The position numbers were made by a program, and so were the translations under genes. From positions 15,252,001 to 15,316,000 of the forward strand of contig NW_025963891.1 in assembly GCF_023055435.1 (NCBI RefSeq): a stretch of 64,000 nucleotides of DNA. Direction: 5' to 3'. The stretch comes from Haliotis rufescens. Its lineage: Eukaryota. Positions 50,101 through 61,534 of the stretch are shown here, piece by piece. Positions within the stretch are counted from its first letter, which is position 1; every line of letters begins with the position of its first letter. The notes under the pieces are model-generated. The model did no database searches, was not told where the DNA came from, and saw only the letters and a list, made by a program, of their open reading frames with translations.

Positions 50101-53100
50101 GAAATGTTAATTTTGTGTTTGTTTTGTTAGTTGTGTTATGCTGCACCAAGCAATATTCCAGCTGTATGGCGACATATAAATAACTGAGTTTGGGCCAGAC
50201 AATTATGTGATTGATATTATGTGCACCATTCCAAGATGGCCGGGTTACAGTGACACGCATATTTACCAAATCACTGAATGTACCACCTGATCCATTTAGT
50301 CACCTCTTATAACAAGCATAGCTTGCTGGGAGGTGAGGTGAAATGGGGTTTAACGTCTCGTCCAAGATTATTGCACTTATATAGCCACGTGCATGCACAT
50401 GTGTGTGTGGCTGCTTGTACTAGACCCGACTGATGCTGATTTATAGTGCTAGCCCACTGAGATACCATGCCGCAGTTTAATATGAATACCCCACTCAGAC
50501 ACAGTATACTGACTCCGAGACGACCAGTCCTTGTTTTAGCCCCTTAATGCTAGACAGGGTAACAACAAGTACCTTCTTTTAACGTCTTCTGGTATGACGT
50601 GGCCGGGGATCGAACCCCGTACCTTCCGCTCTCCAGGCGGACGCTCTACCACTAGAGGCGGTCGGTTGCTGGGGACCTACTCTAACCTTAAAAAACCCAT
50701 AGGGCTACTTTTTTTTCGTAACATCAGTGTTACCTTGATAGTTTCCACTCGGTCAGCAAATTTGTCAAATCTTGCAAAGACAAGTTGTGGAGCAAACTCC
50801 CACTCTCTTGGTTCTTCCCCCTCTGGGAAGTAGGTCTTCAGTTTGTCCTTGTGTTCTTCATATGTGCTGCGGAAACTCTGCAGAACTTTACTTGCTTTGC
50901 AGACCTTCTCAACTGTCTCCTCAACCTCCCCCTTGAACAGCTCAGAAGGTTCCAGGAAGTTTTTGGCCTGAAACACAATGTGTTGACATTTCACCTCACT
51001 GTCCAGCCTGGTATGTCTGATGGAATTCATGGAAAATTTAAGATTGCTATGCTGTAAATTGCAAAGAACAGTGAAGAACAAAGTGTGGTTTATTTCATGA
51101 TAACACATTGTTCTATCACCACGTCATTTCTGGAGAATCGAACATGCGCTTGCAACTTGATGACATATATTGGACACAGTATTTAGGAGAAGGAAGTCTC
51201 TAGTGAGTTGTTCACCATAGATGTAGCTGGGCAACGCAGATAAACACAATGGCCGAAAAATCGCATCCAAAAGTGGGAGAGATTATGACAATCGGTATTT
51301 GGAGAAAAGGTACAGGTAATTGATGTGAGGATTGTGAGAATATGCGTGAAATACCCACCAGTGCATAAAATGGACTTGTCCCACATTACCAAGGTCAGAT
51401 TCTATTAAGGGAGTCATCATTATTTAAATACTGGCAAATATTTTTAAAGCTTGTACATTTTATCATCATCCTTAAAGAGAGTGTACATAATGTTGATATC
51501 TCATATACGAACTAAACCCGATGAGTGGGAGTACAATAAAACACTGCAGGGAGAATAAACCACTCAGGGCTGCGCCCCTCATAGTTTATTCAACCTGCAG
51601 TGTTTTATTATACCATAAACAATTCCCACTTGTCGTCTATTTCTTCATTAGTCTGAATTTTTGCAACAATAGTCCTTCAACTTTAATTTTGAGAATAAAA
51701 CAAAATGCCTTAACTGACATCATATATGTAACCAAGTATTGGAAATTGACTCCCAGCATGCAGGGCCTGTAAATTGTAATCAGATGTCCCTAAATTCATT
51801 CTTCTTATTAGACAAGACTTTGGTTGGTTTACAGATTCTGCTGATTGATGTGACAAGCTTAATTAACGGCACCATCCTCAGTCTTTATTTTGTTTCTCAC
51901 CCACCAACTTGCTTGTTTCATCCCAAAACTCAAAGAAATAGAAGAAAAAAAAGACTGGCTTTACACACCAACACTATCAACAATTTGTTGCCGAAACCAA
52001 ACACAAGGTCAATTCAATGATAAGGAAGTATGTATACAATAATGCAAGTCATTGTGCTGGCAATCATTCAAACTTTTCAAATTTCAAAAGGTGCCAGCAT
52101 ATTCTGTTGGCACTGTTCCAAGTAAAGTGACATTTGTACAAAACCACTTGGCATATGGCCAAACGTTGCACAATCCAGTCTTTCAAATACCTTTTTCTAT
52201 AGCGATCATGGGGACAGATTTCTGTTCAGTCTTTCTACTGAAATTTAATCCAATGACTGAGTGGCATAACTGATTACAGGCTCAGGGGTAGAAACAAACA
52301 TTTTAGTCTACTAGTCCTTATAATGATAACATACAGCAAAACCCTTAAAAAAGGCAAATTTCTATTAGTCCTCATGATACCTTAACTATTGACCAGTTTG
52401 GCAAGGGCAACAGGATGAGTGCCAATTTCTAACGCTGCAGGCTGCAAACTTCCCATGCTCTGCACTGTCATTACCTTATTTACATATTAAGCACCCAAAA
52501 GCTGGTCAAAACAAAAACTCTCTTTAAATTATTGTGTACAATTATTTTCACTGAATCTCAAATGCTTATCTCTTTCATGAGATAATATTCACAGCAACAT
52601 TTCTCATGAACCTACCAGATCAATCTCCATGTTGCATATCTCCTGCAGGAGTACAATGATCCTGGCTGGAGTATTGTAGTACTTGGAGTTGGCCCACACG
52701 AGACATGTGGTGTGGAAGAGAGGGGCCAGCATGGGGATGCTCTCATCAAACTCAGCCTGCTCCAGGTCCTCAAAGTAATGTCTCAGAGGCTTCAGGTACA
52801 GGTTGATGTCTTGTGCCTCAGTCAGAGCTGAATACGATTAATGCCGATTAGTTTCAAGAAACTTAACATCAAACACATTAATCTAATTCCATTTCGTTTG
52901 TCTGTTTGTTGTTTAACGCCACACTCAGTAATATTCTAGCTATATGACGGTGGTCTGTAAATAATCAAGTCTGGACCAGACAATCCAGTGATTGACATCA
53001 TGAGCATCGATCCACCCAACTGGGATACAATGACATGCATCAACCAAGTCAGTGAGCCTGACCACCCGATCCCATTAGTCGCCTCTTACGACAACCATAG

Positions 53101-55406
53101 TTACTATTTTCACTTCAGTGGGAAACATATCAATAAATAATTTAACTAATTTGTTGAATGAAAATGATACATACCTGCCACAACATCCCTGAAAATGTTC
53201 TTGAAGGAAGGGAAGTAACTGCTGTTTGTTCTTTCAAGCAATTCAGCCATCTTTCTCACCTTTGGATCCCTCAGCTGCAACAATGACAAAATCATTTTAA
53301 TTTTATGTTTCAAAAGCCCATAATATATTAAAGTGAGATTTGTTCATAGACGCTGACCATTTCATTCCATTACAAGGAAATGAGTTTCAATCTAATTTTA
53401 ACATAACACCAAAAATAACACAGTCATGTGTCAACTTTTTAGGATTAAACACATTAAATTGCAAAAACGAATTATTACATTTTTATCATTTTATAAATGA
53501 ATATTGACTGTCAACTGTTGTGATTGATAGGATTACAGGTATGATGTATTTCATCAAGTAAACATGGTAAAGAACAGGTGCCCTTGGACAAAGCAATCTT
53601 AGCGCTAAGGTGATTGTAACTCCCATAGACTTACGACAGTCGTAGCGCTAAGGTTTTGTACAACAGCACTTAGAACACATAGTAATTTTCTTCATCTGCC
53701 AGTACTTAGGAACAATACAGGTGATAGGCAGATGGGGTTGAAAGTCTGATCATGTATTATTGCCTAATGTTACAGCAACATTAATTATTTCAAATGAATA
53801 AACAAATTACCTGTTCATAGATACACTCAAGGTTTGTGGCCTTGTTCTTCCAGAAGTCTAGTTCCACAAATGGTGTTGGGTCAAGTCCTTCCAAAAGAGG
53901 CTGAGCAGAATCCCTCTTGAGAACATCTCGGATTTGATGTGTCCACTCAATTATCACAGATTCAATAGCATGGACTAGGTTTCTGTCATAAGTGTCCCTG
54001 AAATAGGCCATTTGTATGCAAATAAAGAAAACGTCAAGAAGGTTCGGATATATTATTCATATAAAAATATATACATTTAATTGATGCTCTCGTCCTATGA
54101 AAACATGCATATTAATATATGAAAACAAAAATGGATGTGTCCACTAAATTAAAAAAAAAAATAGCATGGACTAGGTTTCTGTCATAAGTGTCCCTGAAAT
54201 AGGCCATTTGTATGCAAATAAAAAAAAACGTCAACAAGGTTCGGATATATTATTCATATCAAAATATATACATTTAATTGGTGCTCTCGTCCTATGAAAA
54301 TATACATATTAATATATGAAAACAAAAATAATCACTTTTCATCTTCAACTGTTGCCTCTTCCACTCTCTCAGCTCCAACCGGCAGTGGTAGCAATGTCTT
54401 GCCTTTGGCTTGTCCTGACACAACATACACATTGCTCTTGAGGCTGTGTACATGGCGGGTGACATCATGGGAAACAACCTTTGGCCAGTGGTCGTGGTTT
54501 CGTTCATTGGACAACAGTGGCACGAGAACCTGAAATATAGATTTGAATTGCGTGTTTTATTAGATTGTTTTAAATGCCAGTTCCTGTCACATTTTCTTAC
54601 AGTGGCCTACCTTTAGAATTCAGCACTACAAAAGTTCATAAACACAATACCCTATGACAATACCCTATGACATAAATTGTAAAATTTTGTTTCATAACAC
54701 ACTTGTGAATCAATGCCCTGTGACATCAGCCTAGCAACAGAGTTGCAGGGGTCATCAACTGTGCATAAGCTCCTCTCAGTGATCTATCATCTCTACATGC
54801 AACGTCACTGAATAAGCCCTGCAATGTTGAGAGTTCGAAATACAGCCTGCTGCGGCACATCTTATAACAAGTGCTACTTTATGAAAGCACTTTTATTTTC
54901 AATATATTTCATATTTTGGTTTCAATTTAATCTTGACAGGTGCCCTTTTCCCCTACTGGTGACAATGAAGGTGTCAGTCGAAAGAAAAATTGGCCAGAAT
55001 TTTTCTTTAGCAAAGAATTACATTTATGGGGTAAAACGAAATAACATACCTCGTCCACAAATGCTGACAACTGATCCAGAGGTGAAAGTGCAAGATCACC
55101 ATATAATAACGCTGTTCTCAGTGGTGTGTCCTTTTGGATTGGCTCCCTCGCTTTTTTCACAAAGTAACAGGCTTTCCCTTTGGGACTTAATGGCCATTCA
55201 AACCCAACAGAAAGTGTCCCAGAGCTGCTCAAAGATATAATAAGTGATGCAAGATCTGGTTTTTCAAAGTAGTCTAGAAACTGTTGCTTCACTTCGTCGA
55301 TGTTATACATTTTCATCCATTTATCAGGCTTCAGTTTCATAGTTTTCAAAACATAGTCCGCTATGAATTCGACACGAGTGTCGTTGAGTTCAAGCTCGCT
55401 TGCCAT
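20187..55406 (-). CDS. DNAH17: Outer-arm axonemal dynein beta heavy chain (DNAH9/DNAH11/DNAH17 group), complete, 46 exons, ~4466 aa
   Basis: Exons (5'->3'): 55406-55050, 54529-54336, 53997-53811, 53274-53175, 52827-52616, 50967-50734, 49791-49507, 49135-48870, 48272-48204, 48035-47909, 47508-47253, 46619-46375, 45701-45369, 44747-44493, 43955-43786, 43035-42813, 42448-42245, 42035-41634, 41141-40896, 40507-40283, 40001-39783, 38931-38779, 38513-38280, 37843-37551, 36450-36294, 35611-35349, 34994-34357, 33778-33219, 33111-32938, 32472-31999, 31597-31358, 31119-30334, 30153-29992, 29704-29471, 29268-29008, 28867-28721, 28441-26981, 26862-26692, 26508-26386, 26170-25977, 25600-25324, 25182-24955, 24648-24337, 23872-23630, 21171-20983, 20804-20187. 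Sum 13401 nt with consistent phases. P-loops [24 protein letters not shown] and GVGGSGKQ, a stalk/MTBD, and C-terminus [13 protein letters not shown]. The invertebrate gene is co-orthologous to DNAH9/11/17, so the symbol is approximate. Confidence 0.96.
22847..23126 (-). mobile_element. SINE family C copy (full length)
   Basis: Reverse complement of the 16168-16466 family. TSD ATACATCACAGGA on both sides (~22836-22848, ~23127-23139). Confidence 0.85.
23284..23448 (+). mobile_element. SINE family B (tRNA-derived); further copies at 25806-25936 (-), 37937-38092 (-) and 46919-47069 (-)
   Basis: GGGGCAGTGGGGTAGCCTGGTGGTTAAG head, CATGGGTACAATGTGTGAAGCC core, GCTGGAATATTGCTAAAAGCGGCGTAAAACC..ACTCACTC tail. 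Confidence 0.85.
24062..24200 (+). mobile_element. SINE family A, 5' portion
   Basis: ACCCGTGAAGATCTGGG head, 3' truncated. Confidence 0.75.
31678..32002. repeat. 80-81-bp tandem repeat, 4 copies, containing the dynein exon-30 donor
   Basis: GCATG(G/A)GAGA starts at 31721, 31801, 31882 and 31963. Each unit carries TATTTCACCTGTA (CAG|GTGAAAT on -). Confidence 0.9.
35795..36265. mobile_element. SINE family A (-, 35795-35975) abutting a Helentron/HINE-like element end (35980-36265)
   Basis: Reverse A tail and body. The downstream piece ends in CAGACGGACAGACAGAC, a short hairpin and GGGGATAAAAA. Confidence 0.6.
37129..37358. mobile_element. MITE with long TIRs (AGGCTAAA...TTTAGCC); related halves at ~32497, ~33827 and ~44370-44452
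   Basis: GGCTAAA..ATAGTCTTGGT.CTCAGGCA..GC..CATCATCATAAAGT is mirrored at the right end. Confidence 0.7.
39279..39555 (+). mobile_element. SINE family A copy; a degenerate inverted copy lies at ~39020-39232
   Basis: Homology to family A. Confidence 0.75.
40552..40851. mobile_element. Tc1/mariner-pogo-type MITE
   Basis: TA-flanked TIRs TACTGTAAATCTTGAAATTAA / TTAATTTCAAGATTTACGGTA. Confidence 0.75.
43293..43551 (-). mobile_element. SINE family A copy (full length)
   Basis: Reverse complement of family A. TSD-like GGGCTTCATAC at ~43276 and ~43549. Confidence 0.85.
44924..46272. mobile_element. Two Helentron/HINE-like non-autonomous elements (44924-45345 and 45761-46272) flanking dynein exon 13
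   Basis: Each starts AACAAG, has internal ~170-180-bp tandem core repeats, and ends with a GGAC-type microsatellite, a small hairpin and GG(G)(C)ATAAAAA. Confidence 0.55.
48501..48844. mobile_element. pogo/mariner-type MITE
   Basis: TACCGTATTC...GAATACGGTA termini with subterminal TAATAAGCGCCCA / TGGGCGCTTATTA. Confidence 0.75.
49255..49360. mobile_element. Short palindromic MITE; related copy at ~53577-53665
   Basis: GTTCCACAAAGCGATCTTAGCGCT ... AGTGCTAAGATGGCTTTGTGGAAC inverted arms. Confidence 0.65.
49923..50090. mobile_element. Tigger/pogo-like MITE
   Basis: TACAGTAAAC..TTATAACGAAC / GTTCGTTATAA..GTTTACTGTA. Confidence 0.7.
50330..50663 (-). mobile_element. SINE family D (tRNA head) inserted in an old family A copy (50118-50690, -)
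   Basis: On -: A-box CTAGTGGTAGAGCG, B-box GGTTCGATCCCC, tail GACGTTAAACCCCATTTCACCTCACCTC. TSD-like G(C/G)TTGCTGGG on both sides. The family A head resumes after the insertion. Confidence 0.75.
52897..53103 (-). mobile_element. SINE family A copy (head truncated)
   Basis: Homology to family A. Confidence 0.8.
53964..54329. repeat. ~168-bp direct duplication (53964-54132 / 54160-54329) covering dynein intron 2 and the exon-3 acceptor
   Basis: ATAGCATGGACTAGGTTTCTGTCATAAGTGTCCCTGAAATAGGCC occurs twice, 196 bp apart, nearly identical. Confidence 0.92.
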
Positions 55407-55835
55407 GATTGCAAATTGTCTGGTTAAAGCCTCGCTGATTTATATAGAGGCGACTTCAAGCTAACAAGGATCCATCGATATGCCAGTTTTAACTCCTTGC
55501 CTCGCCTCTTGTATCGCAGAGCGTTCCCAGACAGGACGTTGTTGACAGGAATGGCGGCCAAGCGGAGTTGCTATGGCAAGTTGCTATGCCACGTCCTTGG
55601 TTACTGCCTCGTTTCTGAGACACGGTTTCGTAGAAAATAAGAAACGGAAAATACAAAGGATTATTAGTATTAATAAAGATTGTTTACCGGGGGAAAAAAC
55701 CCGAAAACACTTAGTAATTCAATGTGGAAAATGTCACATAGTGCATTACATTATATATACACGTTAAATACTACATACACAAGTTAATATTCCGTTGTTG
55801 TTTCCAATTGATGTTTTACATAAACCTATATCAAC
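55407..55835. promoter_or_regulatory. Bidirectional promoter region (dynein / PGS1) with RFX X-box cluster
   Basis: Divergent ATGs are 429 bp apart. X-box GTTGCTATGGCAAG at 55567-55580 is followed by GTTGCTATGCC and GTCCTTGGTTAC. YY1-like ATGGCGG at 55552 and at the PGS1 ATG. A further X-box-like CAGCCTAGCAAC lies in dynein intron 1 (~54727-54738). Confidence 0.7.
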
Positions 55836-58800
55836 ATGGCGGAAAAGCATGCCTTTCGTCTGCTGTTGACTTGGAAAAATAGACATTATAACGCAGTTTC
55901 AAGGTTCATGGTTGCTTTTATGTTAAAGTTGAACGTAGAGTCAAGCGATGATGATTCTGATTCTAAAAACAAGTAATAAATTTTGCCACCGTTATTAGGT
56001 CGCTCATATTTCTTGCATTAACGTTTGATTTGTGGGCGAACATTTCCTAAGACTTGAAAACTGTCCAATATATTATAGGGAAATGGTACAAATGTTAATC
56101 AAACATGGGTCTATGATCTAGTCCTCCCTGGCAGTCTCAAACACTGGAAACATTTTGATGGAGATTAGTCAAAGCATTTTACATAAAGTACAATTCTAAC
56201 AGCTGCTATTTTGTTCAAGTTGTCACCTTGACCTAGATGCGAAGTGTGTAGATAAATATTTCTCTATCAATATGTGAAAAAATGTTGTAGGTCATAGTAG
56301 ACTACTTTATTCCAGATTTATGTTTTATGGTTGCTTTAGGGATGTCACGATTCACCAGTACACAGATATATTGATAATCATGATAATAGTCTCAAACAAA
56401 CAATACAAAATACAATATCGTTCCAACCGTGGACCTATTCATTCATATTTAACTTACTTGGGGTGCACATCTGAGGTATAGGGATATAGGGAATAGGGAT
56501 TTCGCTATTGTATTTAATAATAGAAACTACTTATGTTGCCACGCCAGTTTTATCTGGAGTAAAATTACTGATTGAAAGCACTTAAGCAGGAATTTTTATT
56601 TCAAAATTGAGACCAGATATTCAGAAAGTTTTGAAACTGTTTAATATTGTTTATGTCCTATGAAATATAAATATTTAGGCAAAATTACCACGAACAACAA
56701 ACAAAGTTTGCACTGCAACAGCTTTATGAAGTGGTTATCTGAATATGAACACAGTCATTTTGCTATTTTCTTTATTCTAAAGCCCCAATATTATCTACAA
56801 AATGCAGGGTTATGAATTGTTTTGGTTAGAAAATGTTGCTTGGTTTTCTATTTTTAGATATCTTAAAGGTATTCAAATGTATTTATTCAGGTTTGCAACA
56901 ACATATCAGTGCAACAATAGCCATACAGGAGTCAGTGACCCTTTACAACACACAGCACGAGCAACTCACAGACAGTGTTCTACAAGACCACATGTGTTTG
57001 ACTATTTTGGGTGGATGGGCAAGTTCACCCCTTGTTACAGGGTGAAAGGCGATCAGGTTTTGGTCATCACTGAACCAACACAGTTCTATGAAGTTCTGAA
57101 GGTGAATCTTTCACTATTTGTGTTTCTGGAGGGTATGTTGCAAATGTATTATCGCTGCATATTTCTGATGGTTATTTAGAAATATTTTCTGAAGTTTCCA
57201 TGAGAAATTATATTCCCACAAAAAGACACTATGTAAAAGCCAGAGCAATTACAAATTCATGTAATGATCATGACTCTATATGACCAACTGCTACACTATG
57301 TGTTTCTGTATGTTTTGTTTGTTTGTTGTTTAATGCTGCACTCAGGAATATACCAGCTATATGACGGCAGTCAGTAAATAATCGCGTCTGGACCAGACAA
57401 TACAGTGATTGACATCATGAGCATCGATCCATGCAATTGTGTTACGATGACATGCATCAACCAAGTCCACGAACCTGACCACCCTTTAGTCACCTTTTAC
57501 AGCAAGCATGGGTTGCTAAAGACCTATTCTACCCCAGATCTTCACTGATCTGTTCCTGTATGAGGCAGAGTAGGTACTGCAAACAGGCTGGTTACATTGT
57601 TAGTTTATTTTGTGTTAAATTAATTGTTTGATAATCATTACTTTGAAGTTGACGGATGACAAAGTAGACACAATTTATGGATGATAACTTCTTTATTTAC
57701 TGTAAAGGCGATATTTCGGTATAGATCCTTATTCCATTGTCATGCAAAGAAGACACAATTTATGGATAACAACTTCTTTCATACTGTGAAGGCAACGTTT
57801 AGGTATAGATCCTTATACCGTTGTCAAGCTTGAAGAAGTTGTTTTCCATAAATTGTGTCTACTTAGTCATCTGTCGACTTCTAACTAATGCCTATCAAAC
57901 AATCCTTGTACAGTCAAGTCTCGTTAATACAAAACTTGTTAATCCAACTGTCAGCTTTATCCGACACAAATGATGGGAACCAATCAAATCAGTGCTATTT
58001 AGACCCGTTAGTCCGACAGTCTCCCATTCCGACTCCAACACACCTAATTTGCAATGAATTGCTGAAATCACTCATTAATCAGTCTTGTTGTGACTAAGTG
58101 ATCAGCGTACTCCGTGGTCATCTGCCCGCGAGTACACAGTATCAGTATTTTGAATCAGCCATGCAGTCTGTAACAGTAATTTTGTGTTAAACTTTACAGG
58201 TTGCATGACTAGAAAACATATTCCACTAACAAACACAACAATATAAAATTATAAATATTTCCTATTTTTATTACAACATGTTTGAATCGTTCTGTATCAT
58301 ATAGTTGTCCAATCTTCGATCACAAATGTTGATACTACCTAATTTCGTTTATCCGACATACTCGTTAATCAGACATAATCATATGCAACCAACAATGTCG
58401 GATTAACGGGACTTGACTGTATAAGGATCTCTACCGAAATGTCGCCTTTACAGTACACAAAGAAGTTGTTATCCATAAATTATCTCTACTTTGTCATCCG
58501 TCGTGTCTAAGTAATGCCTCTCAAACAACTTAAATAATTCATTATCAAGCAAGGCTGAAAAATGAACATGGTACAGAATACATATAGTAGGTGGAAGATT
58601 TACAGTAACAACAATTGCCAACAAGAGAGAGATTAACATAAGTAGGTTAAATAATGACAAGAGAAGGATAATACTGTAACAACATGATGGACAGAGATCA
58701 CATAATGAGGCAGACAATTAAACAGGATTAAGGGTACATAGGTGGGGTGAATATTGCTTAATGAGTTCATAGTAGGCGGATGGGATGAAATAGCCTTGAT

Positions 58801-61392
58801 CTCTGTTGATTGATGGCTTGTGACAACAAATGTGGTCTGCTTCTGTTAGTTTCTTTTAATGAAGTCATGGAGGTTGTTGGAGAGGATTTGGATGTTTTCC
58901 GTTGATATGTGATTGGGGCAGTTGCTGATATCGTTCAATATGGCTGATTTACTGTTGATGGGGCAGTATGTTTCACTGACGTAGGATTGTCCACAGTTAC
59001 AGTCTCATGATTATTTTTCCCCAATTATTGTTCAAGACATACACATATTACACCTCAGTACATTATTTGTTCAGCCAAAACAGGTAGAAATTGTGTAGCA
59101 TACTTCATGTCCATGGCAAAACCATAATGGATATTAGATTTATTAATTCTAATTAATGTTGTGTGGAGACAAATGTTTTTGTGAGCTATTTGACAATCAT
59201 AATGTTCAGGATAAAGCTATGAATATATACATTTATTATTTCCCCTATCAAAGAAAAAAGACAATCACATTTTCCATCCTCTCTAATGAAGAAGTTCCAG
59301 TGTCCAGTTTGTTCACATGCTGCTGAAACTGCATCCACGGATAAATGGAGAATGCAAATGAGGAGAATATTTGGCTTGTGGGTTCTCTGCTAGGATTCCA
59401 GGCAAGCAGAGGTCTTTAGTGCCCCATGCTTGTCAGAAGAACCCAAAAGTACCCCAATATTGGGGACTGTTGCCCATCCTATCAACTACTGGTTGACTGG
59501 TCCAGAAACATTGTCTGCTGGCTGCCATGATGTGGCTGTACATAATGTTGCTATCTGGCATACAACAACATTCACTCCTGTACCTACTTGCCTGCCCATT
59601 TAGTTCATGCTAGATGTTGTTTTTTCCAGATCAAAGCAAGGAAAGCCAGAAAAAGGATAACAATAGCATCACTCTATCTTGGAACTGGTCAGCTAGAACA
59701 TGACCTTGTAAGTAGTTTTCATGAAAGTACAATAAGCACACAAATATCAGTAAGCTCCTCACAGCAATAGCCTGTTCACAGATCTCTCTATACTATCGCT
59801 GCCACTAAAGCTCCCCACTGTGATAGGCGGCCACAACCATGCTTGGGGTTACACTCACATCTGACAGACCATTCTGTTTATAAACAAGTAATGACTGCTG
59901 TGACGCCGAATACTCTTACCCCAGATTCTGTATTTTCTTTGTTTGTCAATTTGAATTTCTGTTTCATTACAACTATCATGTAATTGGAATAGTAAGAATG
60001 TAAAGGAGAATTTGGTTGATTTTCTGATCATCTGCAATCTCGAACCAATCTGATCAAACAAACAAATTCGTCTGGGAAATATGGTCAGTCATAAACCTTT
60101 TCAAAATTCACTATGATGGAGTTCCCAAAGACATAAACAAAAGTATAATCGTGACTACGTTTTGGGTTAGAGGGCAGATTCCAAGATTCTTGTAATGGCC
60201 GCACCCACACTGGTGGCATCAATGTTACTGAGAGTGTAACGAAGGTGTCACATGCTGAGAAGGAGCTTGAAATAACATGATTAAGGATAAATGTACTAAT
60301 ATGTGGTCAGCTAACTTGCATCTAGATTCAGATTCGTGAATATTTGTTTATTCACCTTACATGTCTTAACATCTGGGAATTGCTTACCAATCTTTGATCT
60401 ATCATCTTTAAATTGGTAAGTTTAAGTTTCACCTTGATGTCATCATGTGTTGTATGTTAGTCTGTCCATACGTAAACTTGACAATGTAACATCTTGAATG
60501 TCTTCTTCTTGTGATAAACATGAGTCATGCCTAAATCCTCGTCTCCAAAACCACTGGACATTTTGTTTTGTTTATTTGTCTTACAACCTTCTTTGACCCG
60601 TGAAGACCCGGGGTAGAATAGGTCTTCAGCAACCCATGCTTGCCGTAAAAGGCGACTATGCTTGTTGTAAAAGGTGACTAACGGGAATTGCGTGGATCGA
60701 TGCTCATGATGTCAATCACTGGATTGTCTGGTCCAGACTTGATTATTTTACAGACCGCCGTCATATAGCTGGAATATTGCTGAGTGCGGCGTCAAACAAC
60801 AAACAAACAAATACAACCTTCTTTGTTAAATATGGAATGATAAACTATGGTGCCAACTGCATAGTTGCGTCCCTTGGGCAAGTCAGAAACATTTGATCAT
60901 GGGTTCGAATCTCGGTTCACACCAATTATGTTTCTGACACGCTGTGATATACTGTTCAGAGCGGCGTTAAACCAAACTCACTAACTTAAGTAATATGAAT
61001 GAATCGGGTCATCTTTAACTTTCTTTGAGTGGTATATTGCCATGTACATGATGTATTACATTGAAAGGGAGTAATGTCAGAAGAGACTGCCAATGTTTCC
61101 AGGTTGGTTGTGTCAGAGAGGCATGTGAAAATGCCAGGAAAGATGGAAATTGTGACATGAAGGTGAACATACTGTTGGACTACACCCGAGGGTCCCGGGG
61201 GAAGACTGCCAGTTCGAGAACTATGTTACAGTCGCTTCTAAAAGACTTCCCTTCATGTATGGACGTATCGTTATACCACACTCCAGATCTGAGGGGCTTG
61301 CTGAAACGAGTAGTGCCAGAAAGATTTAACGAAACCATTGGATTGACCCACCTAAAAGTGTACCTGTTTGATGACAGTGTTATCATTAGCGG
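55836..61392 (+). CDS. PGS1: Mitochondrial CDP-diacylglycerol--glycerol-3-phosphate 3-phosphatidyltransferase (phosphatidylglycerophosphate synthase), first 4 exons
   Basis: Exons 55836-55903 (less certain), 56891-57101, 59630-59707 and 61103-61392 in consistent phase. Motifs ARKRITIASLYLGTGQLE, ILLDYTRGSRG, VSLYHTPDLRGLLK and RFNETIGLTHLKVYLFDDSVIISG (HKD motif). The gene continues beyond the window. Confidence 0.9.
57315..57548 (-). mobile_element. SINE family A copy
   Basis: Homology to family A. Confidence 0.8.
57645..58505. mobile_element. Nested DNA-transposon remnants: Tigger-like MITE (57909-58401) amid an older inverted-repeat element
   Basis: TACAGTCAAGTCTCGTTAAT / ATTAACGGGACTTGACTGTA TIRs. 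Outer arms GGATGACAAAGTAGA.A.AATTTATGGAT at ~57654 are mirrored at ~58400-58500 and ~57830-57880. Confidence 0.7.
60596..60811 (+). mobile_element. SINE family A copy with a clear 14-bp TSD
   Basis: TACAACCTTCTTTG at 60582-60595 and 60812-60825 defines the 5' end as (G)ACCCGTG. Confidence 0.9.
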
Positions 61393-61534
61393 GTATGTTA
61401 TAATTCACAGGGTATAGTTACTATTAAGACCTTTTGAGGTATGTGAAAGGCTTGTTTATTATGTATGATTAATTAACAAACCATTTGTTGTCATGTTAAC
61501 GCTGAGTGATATGGCAGTCTGTTTACATGACAAT

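Noticed and set aside
60596-60685. Calling SINE A a canonical HDV, twister or pistol ribozyme
   Set aside because: No P1 helix or canonical L3 for HDV, and no twister or pistol consensus. Kept only as a candidate structured RNA.
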